Positions 36,860-49,264 of a stretch of 64,000 nt of DNA are shown here, piece after piece. The first letter of the stretch is position 1. Every line of letters begins with the position of its first letter. The stretch spans positions 701,716,001 to 701,780,000 of the forward strand of contig NC_067398.1 of NCBI RefSeq assembly GCF_016432865.1. The letters are read 5' to 3'. This DNA is from Antechinus flavipes (taxonomy: Eukaryota). The translations under genes were made by a program, and so were the position numbers. The notes beneath the pieces are model-generated. The model had not been told where the DNA came from. It ran no database searches and worked only from the letters and a program-made list of their open reading frames with translations.

Positions 36860-37170
36860 AAAAAAGGGCAGTGCTGATGGCAAAGGACCATGAGTCCACT
36901 CTGTATGAGGAGGAGTTGAAGGACTTATGTGGCCTAGAAAAAAAGAGTTGCTACATGCAAGAGGAAGAGAATAAGAAGTAACAGCTGGAAATTACAAAGA
37001 GGCAAATTCAGATTTGATCTAAGGGCTCAATTTCCTAAGGCTCGGAGCTTTCCAGCAACAGAAGGGGCTGCCTTGGAAGCTAATGACTTCCTCTGATTAA
37101 AGGTCTGTAAGCCACCCAGAGGTCCAACTAAATGGCTTGTAAAATCCCTTCAAGCTTTAAAATTCTGAAT
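36860..37170 (+). mobile_element. L3/CR1 3' end
   Basis: ggaaattacaaagaggcaaattcagatttgat...ggggctgccttggaagctaatgacttcc. Confidence 0.8.
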
Positions 37171-37934
37171 TTCTAGGACTGAATCTGTGTTTCCTCCTTT
37201 TAAACTATTTTGTAAAAAGGAAAAAAAATAATAATTGTGTTCAGAATTCTTTTTTTCCTTATAATAAGGCAGCCTGCTTAACACTGGTAGTATTTAATCT
37301 AACAAAATATTTAATAATACTTTCCTCAGTGGTAGGAAAGGGGCCTTTGATTGATTCTTGCAAACATGGTTTAAAAGAGTGTAACTGTAATCTTTTGGGT
37401 TTTCAGTGTGGTCCAAAGATTCTTTACCTCAGCTTAAACACATCCAAATAACAATATGATACTTAATCAGATTAATGGGACACTAAACACTGATGTGAAA
37501 GAACATGTAGCTCCAGAACTAAATGGCCTTCATGAACAAACATTGTTAAGAACAAATGTTATTCCTGTGACTTTTTAAAGGGAATCCTATCATGGAAGAA
37601 AATCTGAGCCAAGCATGCTCAAAAACACATGCTGCCAAGCACTTGTTCCACCTGACATGCAGGTGTGTATGCACACAGATTACTTCAATCACATAACCTC
37701 AAAATTCGATACACCTCTGAGGCTATTTAGCCCAAGTCGTCTCTGAACAAAAATACCCTAAGAAATGATCAATGTTGTGTGTCATGGTTGCTTGAAGAAC
37801 ACAGAAGAAATCTCAGAGTTGGATAGGATCTCAAAAGTGATCTAATCCAAATCAGACTTTCTACAGGAATATAGAGTTTATCCTTTCTATAACATAATGA
37901 TGCCAAGTTTGAGGAAAATACAACAGAAGTCTCA

Positions 37935-38062
37935 GAATAACTGGGAAAATGTTGAAATAAATAAATAAAAACATAAGAAAACATAATGTGATTGTGTGGT
38001 TTTCTAAGTCAATCAATCTATAGTCAGCAGAGATCCATTCCGATTTGAGTCTGACACCATGG
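37935..38062 (-). mobile_element. hAT MITE (same family as 21023-21229), partial
   Basis: tgtggttttctaagtcaat...cagagatcc...atttgagtctgacacca. Confidence 0.7.
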
Positions 38063-38904
38063 ATATACTCCCTTTGAGTGGAAGTAATTACACTGGCATT
38101 TTACTAAAGTAAATGCAAAAAAAAGGCCCCTTCCTCAGTATCTCTGCCAGTCATGTGGAATAATGGTTATCAAAATCTGCAAAGTTTAACAAACTGAAAG
38201 ACTGCACCAGATCTCTGCGAGAGGACAGAAGCTGGAGTCATGATGGCTCCATGTTCTCCAAACATCTTTTTCATCTTCTACAGATTTCTTGGCTTCTCAT
38301 CGACTTGAACGAGTTTATGATTCTGCAAATCACTAGCTAACTATTTCTGTGCAGTTCAGATACCACTCAAAGCATTAAAGGTTAACAGCATGAAAGCCAA
38401 ACAGGAAAATAAACTAAGGTTGTCCTTATATTCATCTACACATATATGGAGAACATTTCCTTTCTGACTGAACAATCATGTTGCTACATTAGAGAATTAG
38501 TTTCCCTTTAATTGACCCTACACATCATTTATTCTCGAACAAGATTTTGAATCACCAATTGTGCTTATTGTTAATAAGTCTTGAAATAGATATAAAGATT
38601 TTCATAAATAAATGCTGATTTAAGTGTTTTGATTTTGTATTTCCCAATGCTCTTCACACCATTATATAAAATGGTGTTTAAAAGTACAGACTTGAAATGC
38701 CTAGAATAAGCACAACTTTTAAAAGTCCCAAAATATCACTCACAGCCCAGTGCCTCGTCCCTCTGCAATCACACCGATTAGGTTTAATTTATGGGTAGTC
38801 TATCAGAGCTACAACTTTTCAGCTCAATTTGGACCAACCCAGAATTATCTTCTAAGAACATAGCTTGTGTAGTTTATTCATAAATATCTAGAAATTTGGG
38901 TGAA

Positions 38905-39060
38905 AGATTAAAGACCATAGATTTAGACCAAACTGGAACCTCGGAAGTCATCTAGTACAACCACTCATTTTACAGATAAGAAAACTAACACTTGGAGAAA
39001 TGACTTTTCAAGAAGCATTTGAATTCATGTCTTCTTAGCTCCAAGCTCAATGTCTATTCA
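38905..39060 (-). mobile_element. MIR3-type SINE
   Basis: gaccatagatttagacc...gtcatctagtacaaccactcattttacagataagaaaact. Confidence 0.8.
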
Positions 39061-39949
39061 CCAGCCTCAAAGTTTTCCAGATTGGGAGAAGTACTAGAAA
39101 TAATATATGTGTTAAGTACAAAATAGCTTTTATTTCCCCCCAGAACATAAAAAGCACAAATAACCCCACAATACCACCTAAACAATCTATAATTCTCCTC
39201 CCTCTTAACTGCATCTCTCCTTACTCCAGACTCCTAGAGAGATCTCCCAGAGTCATAGACCACAACATAGTTCAGACAGCCAATAGAAGGGAAGGCCACA
39301 CTCCCACATAGTTCTTGGCTGTTCCCATTTCTTATACCAGAAGCCTGCCAATTCTAGGGCTAAGGAAAATGGAAATGACCAACTGTCCCCTAGAGGGATA
39401 TGTCAAGGCACAGAGTCCACTCTCTTTACTCACGGTCCAATAAACTCTCCCACTAGTTCTGAGAAAACCCAAAGCAACTTCCCCAACTTCCACAATAATG
39501 GCTAAGGAGAACAGCAGAATTCAGCAGAAGATCCTTGACCTAATTAGCATCATAAGCATCTATGACAATATATTGAATACAAGGAAATCAATAACTAGTA
39601 AAATGAGGACCACATATTGTTTTACCCTTCAAATTCTAAAAACACAACAATACCTATCAATCTAAGATTGATCTCTGTTCTGTTCCGAACTGAAAATCTA
39701 TGTTTATTATTAATGTCATGTCAACAGGGAATCATTGAGCCAAAGTCAGTACTCAAGATAAGCCATATTATTTCTTTGGGAATCTACCTGTTCACAATTT
39801 AATTTAATTTACTCTTGGGGAAAGGAGAGAGAGTATAACACAGTCACTGTAATTCAAACTGGATTAAATTGGTTTGCACTTCATTTTGCAAACTCATTCA
39901 CCCACAAAGAATCAAACTGTTTTGCTTGCCACAGCTGATAAAAATATTG

Positions 39950-40115
39950 AGCATTTATATAGTTATTAAATTTATATAGTACAAAAGTTATTTCATTTAA
40001 TCCTGAAAACAATCCCATAAGGTAGGTGCTATTATTCTCCCCATTTTACAGATAAGGAAATTGAATCTGAGCAAGGTGATCTGCCCATTCAGCTTACAAA
40101 GTGTCAGAGGCAGAT
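39950..40115 (-). mobile_element. MIR SINE
   Basis: tttcatttaatcctgaaaacaatcccataaggtaggtgctattattctccccattttacagataaggaaattga. Confidence 0.85.
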
Positions 40116-41789
40116 AAGATATCACAAAATTTCACAAAAAGAAAACTAAATATTACATTTTATTTTACATATACATAACATAAAGTTGGGCTAACTTTAT
40201 TGCTCATGCATGTATAGTTTAGTAGAGACTATATATATATATATGTATGTATGTATTCATATCCATTAATGATTATGTATACCAAGTATATGAAAATATT
40301 TTGTATAAGCCTACTTTTTTCAGACAATTTTCTGTTGTTAATGGTCATCAGAAATTAAAGTATGGTTAATTGTCACGACTAGGGAAGGGTTCCAGATGTT
40401 CACTGCATAACAGGCTGGCTTTTCATCATCTTTAAGAAAAGGGGCGTCACTAAAGTCTCTAGACCAATGAGACAGATACTTCAAGGTCTGCCCACATTCC
40501 AGAGGATTTATCACTTAAATTTATATGAAACCCAAGGTCATGTGAGGCTATAAAAAATAATTTTATATGCTTCTTCAAGTATTGCACAGACTCAGTGATG
40601 TTCCTGTGAGAATTTTATTATTTGATTAAGAACCATAATACTCAAGCAGCAATGGTGGAATTTCATCATTCCTGGCCCCTCTGCAGTTCTGTGTTCCTAA
40701 TCCACACATCCACTCCACCCCCCAATAAAAATACTTCATATTTATTTTATATGTGCCTCTTTGTGCACATGTAAACTCCTGGAGGGCAGGGAGTATTTCA
40801 GCTTATCTCTGTATCTGTCTCTTCAAGCTCAGCAGGAAAAATAACATAAGTACATGGAGTAATAATGCCTAATGAAAGATATGAGCCTGAGTCCTAGGAT
40901 AGCTCAAGGCTTCTCCATTCAAGAGGTTCGCCAAAATCAGAATGCCTTTTAAAATTTTTTTATCACACCTCTCCAAAACTTCATTCAGTTTTAATTTTAA
41001 AGTTTCTAAGTGTTTTGATTTTTTAAAATACACCAACTAACTATAACAAATTATAGTTAGAAAGCTTTAAAAAAAATTGAAGAAAATAGTTTGCCATTCC
41101 TATCCCTACTTCATATTACAAGAGATCTGGCACTATGCCAAAAGACCAAACCATAGCTGTATTGCAGTAGATGAAAAAAGCCCCAAGTCTTAGGATTATG
41201 GCTCATTACCAAATAAAATGTGAAGACTGTTAACAGAAGTACCCCAGCTGATTTCCAATCACCACAACTGCATCCAAGCATTCTGTAAGATGGTATTTAA
41301 GAGATCACAATCTTCAAGGGAATATTTCAGGCTACATTATATAAGCTGGAGTGCACATCTGGGCTCTTAGCTAAAAGGGGAAGTGAATTGCTTTGAAATG
41401 CTGCCACATTTGCATTTACTTTCCTAAAGGAAAAGAGGGGTAAAAAAATTCATAGTAGACTACTGGGATGAGAATTCTTGCTTCCCTCAAACTTCTCTCT
41501 GCTAAGATCCCTAGGCTACCCTTCATATTTATCAACACCTTAAAAGAAACAGAATTCAAAACAAAAGCAACCTTAAACCTAAACTAGAAAAGTCTTAAGT
41601 GTTTATATACCATCCTTAGAAAAAGGAACAAGACAACCAGCCTATGCAGAAACACTGGATCACAGAAGTTGGGAAAGGTGCTGAACACAGAGTCCTTTAT
41701 AATCTTCTGGATTTTAGTGGATGTATTCAGAAGCATCATTCTGAAAAGGGGCTTCCCAGAGTACCAAAGGATCTGTGACATAAAAAGGT

Positions 41790-41940
41790 TCAAAACTTGA
41801 AGGGATCTTCAAGAAGCTGATTAGATTTTTTTCTAATCCCAATCTCTCACTTATCAGAAGAGGAAATTGAGTACTCTCTACAGGGATTAAGTAACTTGCC
41901 CCAAATGAGAGAGCTAGTGAGAGTCAAGGCATGGAACTCT
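41790..41940 (-). mobile_element. MIR-type SINE
   Basis: cagaagaggaaattgag...attaagtaacttgccccaaatgagagagctagtg. Confidence 0.75.
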
Positions 41941-42719
41941 TGGCCAGTCTGCTGGCCCCAAAGCCAGGCCCAGATATGCATTCTTTGTAATCATTATGAA
42001 ATAATATGAATTAGGAAATCCAAATTCCATGACTGGCTCATGCCAGAATGTGGTAGCTGCAGGTCTCACAAATATAAAGAGGATCAAGGAGTATTTCCCT
42101 AGTCTCTAGATTAGGCTATCATTAAGAATAAGGAATTCCCTCTTTTTAAGAGATGAGAAAGCAGGTGGTGGATGGGGGAAAATGCCAAGCACCAAGGGTG
42201 GGGAGGGGGAAGAGGGCAGAGAAGGAGGCGGAAAGGAGAAGAAAATTCTAACCTGGATGTTAAATAAATGTCAATGTTGGATGTTGACTTCAGCCTAAAG
42301 GGAATTGTAGTCAACTACCAGCAGACTTGGTGACACCAAAGAGATCAGCTATCCTTCCAGAGTACACATATCCGAGCCATAAGAAAACATCCTCTCCCCC
42401 CAAAAAGCCTCATCAACCCCCTTGTGGTAATTCATTAGGGCCCAAATGATATTAGCAGAAGGAACCTCAGAAGCATTGCTAGTGATTTCCACTGTTGTGT
42501 CTACTGAAAGGGCAGATTCAAGAGAGAAATATCTTCAAAAGACAATGATCTCAAAAGAAATGAATGTGGAATTCAGAACCACAAGTTAAAAACAGGGGAA
42601 AGCTAAGCTCAAAGCTAGGAAGAAAATACATTGTGCAAAGGCTGACAAGAATGCAGTTGTTTGGAAATTTTGCAAAACTCTCTAAATGAAAAGGACACAC
42701 CTCTCATATGTGACGTATG

Positions 42720-42885
42720 TATTGCTGTTTAAGTCATGTTTGATTTGTTTGGGATATTTTTGGCAAAGATATTGAAGCAGTTTGCCATTTCCTTTTCTAA
42801 TTTATTTGATAGATAAGGGAAACTGAGGCAAGAGACTTGTCCAGGGTAACATAGCTAGTATCTAAAGCCAGATTTGAACCAGGCA
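42720..42885 (-). mobile_element. Mar1 CORE-SINE with BovB-like tail
   Basis: ttggcaaagatattgaagcagtttgccatttccttttct...ggaaactgaggcaagagacttgtccagggt. Confidence 0.85.
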
Positions 42886-43249
42886 CATATATGGCATACA
42901 CACATATACTACACCAAGCTAGATGCCATCTATGTAGTAACTATAATAACAAGTGATTAAACACTTGTTTAAAATAAGGATATCATTTTCAAGAAATGAG
43001 GCAGTAATAAAACCCTGAAACTCAGATAGTCATACTTTGTGAAAATAATACACAGAAAAAGCAAGATGAATTGGAGATCTTAAAAGAGGTAAGCAAATTT
43101 AAAGTAATAGGTATCATTAAGAGTTAAAAGAGATAAGATTTAAGAAAAACATTTCAGAAAGCATCATGGAGGACATTGGAGTAAAAGCATCAGAAGTAGA
43201 AACAGAAGGAATTCTAATAGAACAAACTTCACACTACCTGATAAAAATA

Positions 43250-43480
43250 AGAAAAGCTGATTCTGATAAGAGTGTCCAAGCCTGGCATCATGGTATGATA
43301 TAGCAGCTCTGGGGAGTATTTTTAATTGTCCACACATCTGCTAGAATATCCTCTTTGCCAAAAGCTGATTTATTGACTTAACTTGGTGATAATTTCATAA
43401 TCAAAGATAAGCATGTATTCTGGATCTGATTCTCACCAACAAAAAGGTAATAGATGAAAATGAAAGAAAGATTGGGTAGA
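43250..43480 (+). mobile_element. L3/CR1 endonuclease remnant
   Basis: tttaattgtccacacatctgct (GDFN.PDICW-like) and attctggatctgattctcaccaac (ILDLILTN). Confidence 0.75.
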
Positions 43481-43549
43481 CAGGATTGTTCCATATTTAG
43501 AATTTGTGCTTCTCTTTTCTCCACGGAAGAGAAAAATGAATGCCTTTGA

Positions 43550-43660
43550 GGGACAGTGGCAAGTGTAAAATGGATTTGGAATCATAGGACCTGAATTTGA
43601 ATGTTGGCTCTATCACTTACATCTGAAAATACCCTTATCTTAATATTTACTAGAACTGAA
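43550..43660 (+). mobile_element. MIR fragment
   Basis: ggatttggaatcataggacctgaatttgaatgttggctctatcactta. Confidence 0.65.
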
Positions 43661-44039
43661 CTAGAATACTTTAAAGGCCTTCACTGGATACTCAAGATAA
43701 GCAGTGAGATTGTTAAGTGTCCTGGAGAAAATCAAGTCACCAAGTTCAGATGAAATGACATACTAAGACAGTATTTTAAAAACGTATTAAGTGTTAAGCA
43801 CTATGTTAAGCACTCAGCATACAAAAGCAAAGGAAAGAGAGAGACTGAATGAACTGGCAGCTGTGATCACAGGGAACTGAAAGACCATTAGCACTGTTTG
43901 CAACTATGTCACATGATTGAAAGACAAGTGTTGACCAGACTGAACTCCTCTTTCCCCCCCAATACAAGGGAAGAAAAAAACAAAACAGAGTCCAGGGAGT
44001 TGCTTTTTATTTCTGACCAAAAAAAAAAAAAAAAAAGAA

Positions 44040-44560
44040 AAAAAGCATTAAAACATATTACTAAAAGAATGATTAAAGAACATTAAGAAATTTATGAGAT
44101 GATTACAAAAAAATCAGCATAGTTTCATCAGTAACAAATCAAACCACAATTATCTCATTTCCATTTCCTGACAAGTTTACTTGGAAGGTCTGCTAAAGAC
44201 TATCTACCTTGTGCAATCATCTGACCAAATATTTCACACTATATTACTGAACAAGCTAAGGAGATATAAGGTAGGCTAGTTAGAAAAATTAGGTAGATAT
44301 AGCATTATTTAAGTGGCTAGAATCAAAAGGCTGTGATTCATCCTTCAAGGTCAACTTGAAATAAAATCTTCAATGGAATGCCCTATGTAGGTCAGGGCTA
44401 TTTACCAGCTGTATCAATGACTTATCATTCCTATCAGATCTATAGGTAACACAAAGCTGTGAGCATCACCAACACTGGATGACACATATGGTCAGAATGA
44501 AAAATGATCTTGCCAGTTCAGAATACTGGGACAAATCAAAAAAGGGAATAATAGTGTTCA
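44040..44560 (+). mobile_element. L3/CR1 RT fragment
   Basis: aatcagcatagtttcatcagtaacaaatca (NQH.F..NKS-like), tggaatgccc, tatcaatgactt, acacaaagctg. Confidence 0.75.
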
Positions 44561-45619
44561 CAATACTGCTTGGACTCCAGAAGATGTTTCCTTCCCCTTC
44601 CTTCTGGCTACTTCTTTCCTGTCAGTGGATGAAATGTCCTCCCACATCCTTTCAGCATATTCAAATATAACGATTTTTTTTTTGTTAGTCCATTTTAAGC
44701 TATAATTTTATATTAACATTTTCCTTCTCTGTACAAATCAGTATCTTGCCACTCAAAGCAACTGTTGTCTTTACTACGTATTCTTGCTCATTTGAGCAGT
44801 TTATTATAAATTGTATTAATATTACTGGCTAGTTATTTCATGTCTATAAATAGCCTATGAAAGATACTGGAAAATCTGTAAGAACATTCATTAACAATGA
44901 TCAGTAAATTATTTAACTGAATCCATACAACTTAGAAAACTCATTTTCTCTGAGGAAATGACAATTGAGTCTAAGAAAAAATTTTTCATTACTCACTAGC
45001 TCTGTGACTAGGGTCACGGCCACCCCCCAAAAAGTTTCTCTATCCAATTATCATGAATTGCTTCCATCTTTCTACTTTATTTTTAAAAATTATTATTATT
45101 ATTATTATTATTTTAAATCCAAAAATTAAAAGGTTGATAAAACATAAATCCTTATGGTATTTGAGTTATTTTTAAAAATGTGTTATCAACACTACTTTTA
45201 CATCTGGACCAAATTAACTAAGGGATAAACTGTTCCTTCAGAAAATATTCAATTAGGTATTTCTTTTAGTAGCCTAGAACATCATCATTACATTACCAGA
45301 TTCACTTCTCAGCTCCAAAGAGAAGATCCAGATTTTCTGGATATCTTAAATATTCAATACATTTACTAATAGTGTATCAATTCCAAAAATCTGACAATGT
45401 ACTCTTTTCATCAAATGTAAATAAGCAAATTAAGTTAACTCAGCACTGGTTTATGAAAGCCAATCCCATAAAATAGCAATCTCTGCTACCTAGAGATCTA
45501 GTCAGATAAATACAAAGTTTACCCTGCAGGTCTCATTTGAGTTTAAATACAAGTCTATCATTAAGATACCAATATGGTTCTACTAGAAGAAAAAGATCAT
45601 ACAAAAATGTGTGATTAAA

Positions 45620-45790
45620 AAAGAAGATGGGTATGTCATGTGGTAGATAACCCATTTAGCTCCATTCTCCATATTAAGAGAAACTGAGAATGCCCAAATA
45701 ACATGGAGAACTTGTGGGAAGACATGGATACATAGCAAATCAATATCCATCCATGAAAGTGATCTATCCCATAAGACAATCGAGCTAAAA
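45620..45790 (+). mobile_element. RTE LINE 3' fragment
   Basis: aagaagatgggtatgtcatgtgg...tggagaacttgtgggaagacatgga. Confidence 0.65.
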
Positions 45791-46554
45791 TACTATTACA
45801 ACTCGGAAGTGATGCCTAAAAAATCTGTAATCCTTCTGAATGACAAACATCTCCTAAAAGAAAAAAGACAATGTAGTATCACTCTCATTCTAAAACCAGT
45901 TCAGAAATGTGAGATTGGTGATTCAATGGCAATTCCAGGATAAGCCATTTTTGGAACAAAAAATTGTCTTCTGAGATGTTTCTATGGCAAAGGTGGTTTA
46001 ACTAAAATGTAAAAAGTAACCAAAACACTCATCTTTAATACCAGCATCTAAAAAAAAAAATAGGTCTTATTAGAAGAGCCATTTGGAAGTTAAGAGAAAA
46101 CATACTGTTCCCAGAATTTCCATGGACCAATGAACTTCTGCAATTTAGACATCGGTTTCCACTCCCCTTCAACAACAAAGGAAAGAAAAAAGAAAAAACA
46201 AACACCTTTCCCAAACTCAAAAGCACCCATCTTCCACTACCAAGAAAAATACAGTTGCACAGGTAGAAAGCAAAAAAAAAATTTTTTAGTGTGCAAATTT
46301 TTTCTTTAGTTTGCAAATCAAAGTCTATTTGGATTTGTCGTTTATTTCAGAACTACATTGGCATACATTCAAGATCAGTGAACCCTAAACTATGCCATTA
46401 AACAAAGTATCAAAAGCAGCATCAAGTATTGTGGAATCTTTACAAAAAATAACAAATCTGACATTATTTCACCTATGAAATGAAAAAAATTTTGTGAATA
46501 TGCTGATTGCTAATCAATCTAGATTTGGCTTAATGATAAAGTATCTGTAACCTA

Positions 46555-46687
46555 TTCAACATGTAAAGGATTGCTTGCCATCTGGGGGAGGGGGTGGAGG
46601 GAGGGAGAGGAAAAATCGGAACAGAAGTGAATACAAGGCATAATGCTGTAATGAGTTCTATCAATAAAAAGTTATTTTAAAAAAATG
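46555..46687 (+). mobile_element. L1 extreme 3' end
   Basis: ggattgcttgccatctgggggagggggtggagggagggagaggaaaaatcggaacagaagtg...aataaaaag with an A-rich tail. Confidence 0.9.
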
Positions 46688-47099
46688 ATAAAGTATCATA
46701 ACCAGCAACCCACTAACTTCCACAGAAGGGGTACCCTTTTTGGCAAAGATCTGTGCATCTTAAAATTACAAAAGATCAAAAGTTACTTTTCAAAATTTTA
46801 TTTGTGAACACAGTATTTAGTCTTCCCATGCAAACCATTTTCCTCTAAAATCTGACAGTCAAATGCTGCTTCAAATAACAGCTTTGTTATAAGCAGATAG
46901 GAGTAGGAGTGTCAGAGCAAGACCTTGAAAAAATTCTTCCACAGGCTAAACATTAAGGAGCTTAATTTATACAGCAAAATAACCAAAGACTTTCTTTCTA
47001 ATCTTAGTAATACTACTAAGCAAAAAGTTCTCAAAGTATTTTAAAATCAATGTCTGTTTAAATAATAACTACCAACAACTATATTGTTGTTCATGTGTG

Positions 47100-47160
47100 G
47101 TTGCCATGGTGACAACCAAAAACTAAACTCCTGGAAACTCTGACTCACACTATTGTGCAA
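47100..47160. promoter_or_regulatory. Candidate enhancer motif cluster: RFX X-box, AP-1, C/EBP-like
   Basis: GTTGCCATGGTGAC (47100-47113; reverse GTCACCATGGCAAC fits GTNRCC-N2-RGYAAC), TGACTCA (47141-47147), ATTGTGCAAC (47152-47161). Confidence 0.5.
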
Positions 47161-47689
47161 CAGCTCTGTTCTTACAGTCAAGACCCTTTTAAAAATCAGT
47201 ATAATTACTTGTAAAACATGTAAATGCTTTAGACTTCCTAAGGTGAAGGGTCAAACCAGGTAATAGATATCTCATTTTGAAGTATTTCAGTAATACTGAA
47301 CACCGAACAGTGTTCAGGTGAACATTGAAAAACAAAAACTCCTATCTCCAAAAGTATACTGAATCAGAGCTATCAGCTGAAATCTATCTTAAACCTAACA
47401 ATACCTAGCCAACCAATGCAATAAGAGTCTTATATCTTCTTAATGATGTCCTTCCATTTTTAACCTTGCTAAGTCATAGATAAGAATAGGGAAAACTGAT
47501 TTTATCTCCAACAATTCATCCTAAATTATCCTAAGAGAATACTGCAAAGATTTTGCCAAAGCTATCATACACATACATCACTTTTAAAATATTGAGAGGA
47601 TTGTGTTTGTGTATTTCAAGTTACCTGAAAGTAGTCAAAGCCACAAAGGTGTGGGAAAATCTCTTAACTTTATTTATATCAAAATAGGG

Positions 47690-48790
47690 GGGAAATGACT
47701 AAATGAACACCAAAATTAATTAATACCCCCATGCCTTGTCTCTTGTTTTCAAAAAATCTTCATGAGAGTTACCTGTCCCTTGATTAAGGAAATAATAGAG
47801 AAAAAAGCATTACTCGATAAGCAATATGTAAAAATGCACCACATCTTTATCAACTCACAATTAAATGAAAGATGTGGAGAATATACATTCCCACCATGTG
47901 CACTGTCTGCTGATTTTGAAAAAGCATTCCATTCAGAAGAATAAAACATCAAAATTACAGGCTCTTTTACAACAAGGTTATCTCCCATGACTACATTAAG
48001 AGCTCTCTGAAACTCTTGGAAGCAGTTACAGAAATAACCCTGTTCAATAAAAGTCTGCAAAGAAACATCAGGTGAGACATTAAACAGAGAGATGCAAGCT
48101 CAGAAATGATGTATGCAACTGTTAGAGGATAGCTTGCACAGAAGAGAGATTCCCTCTCTCGTATTAATGAGATCCTGTTTGCAAGTGACATTGTGTTGCT
48201 TGTATAGAGCCCCAAAATATCATAAAATCTCCTGGAAGAGATCTGTAATCACCCAAAATTTTGCATCCAATAAATACAAGGTGAACAAAAACATGTCGTG
48301 TGTGTGAGTGTACAATGCAAAGCCCTTTTCTATCTCTTCAACATTAACTTTTTACCAGTGTTTCTATAGTACAAATGGCATAGAACATCACTTCCTGTAA
48401 AGAGCTACAGATGAGCATCATACAAGGATAGGGAAAAGGTGCCACAAAAGGTAAGCAGGTGCCACAAAAGGACAGGTAATGACAGGTGGACAGCCAGAGA
48501 GCTCCAGCTGAATGCTTGTGGTCTGGGAAGAAAAGTGAAGGGTCCAGCACACTGGATCCCCTGCTTCAAACTTCAAAAGGAGAATATGGAGGACTATGGA
48601 GAATATGCTTCAAAGGAGAATATGGAGAACTTGCACAGAATGGACAGGAATGAATCTACCTCACTGGAAAGAATTCCCACATCAATGAGATCCCAAATCC
48701 ATGTCATCATCTTAAAAAAGGAATGTAATGCTAACAAAACACTGTTTTCATCAAATGGTCATAAGAGTATCAAGGTTTGTCAGCAATGAT
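47690..48790 (+). mobile_element. RTE-clade LINE, decayed RT and 3' end
   Basis: ORF track: HIFINSQLNERCGEYTFPPCALSADFEKAFHSEE (RTE HIF..QL.ERC.EY..P....D.EKAFDS), ILFASDIVL (YADD-like), NDRWTARELQ...GRK..GPAHW (RTE C-terminus). Stops and frameshifts are present. Confidence 0.9.
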
Positions 48791-49217
48791 TTATGAAAAA
48801 TCATTCAATAAAATAATCATTTCTATTTATTTACCTTGTGTACTTCATTCAAGTTTGAATAGAGATATGTGCCTTTACGACATTATTGCCTCACTGGAAT
48901 AAAGGCTGTCATCAAAGAAATGTATGATTTTTAAAATTCATGAGGATGTGACCTAGGGCAAAATGGAGGTAGAGCACATGCCCCATCATGCCAAGACAGG
49001 GTAAAGTGAGGAAGGCCCTCAGTCTATGGAAAAACCTTCAGAAAACACTACTGAATGAGGAAGCCATAGGTTCTGACATATCTAACTCATGTCCCTTTGA
49101 ATGCTTATGTTTTTAAGAACTTCTGAAGTACCTTCTTACCCAAGACCCCTTCATAGAGTCTAAGCTGAGACCAGAGAAATTTCTGGTGAAACTTACATTT
49201 AGCTAATTAAGCAAATT

Positions 49218-49219
<2 letters not shown>

Positions 49220-49263
<44 letters not shown>
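49220..49263. repeat. (CA)n microsatellite, ~22 units
   Basis: Direct read. Confidence 0.97.

Positions 49264-49264
<1 letters not shown>

Noticed and set aside
39506-39525. cagcagaattc resembling the antisense 3' end of the CPEB3 ribozyme
   Set aside because: Only ~11 nt match and the rest of the ribozyme is absent.
42300-42311. ACTACAATTCCC (ZNF143/THAP11-associated motif, minus strand)
   Set aside because: Isolated, with no adjacent SBS half or CpG-island promoter context.
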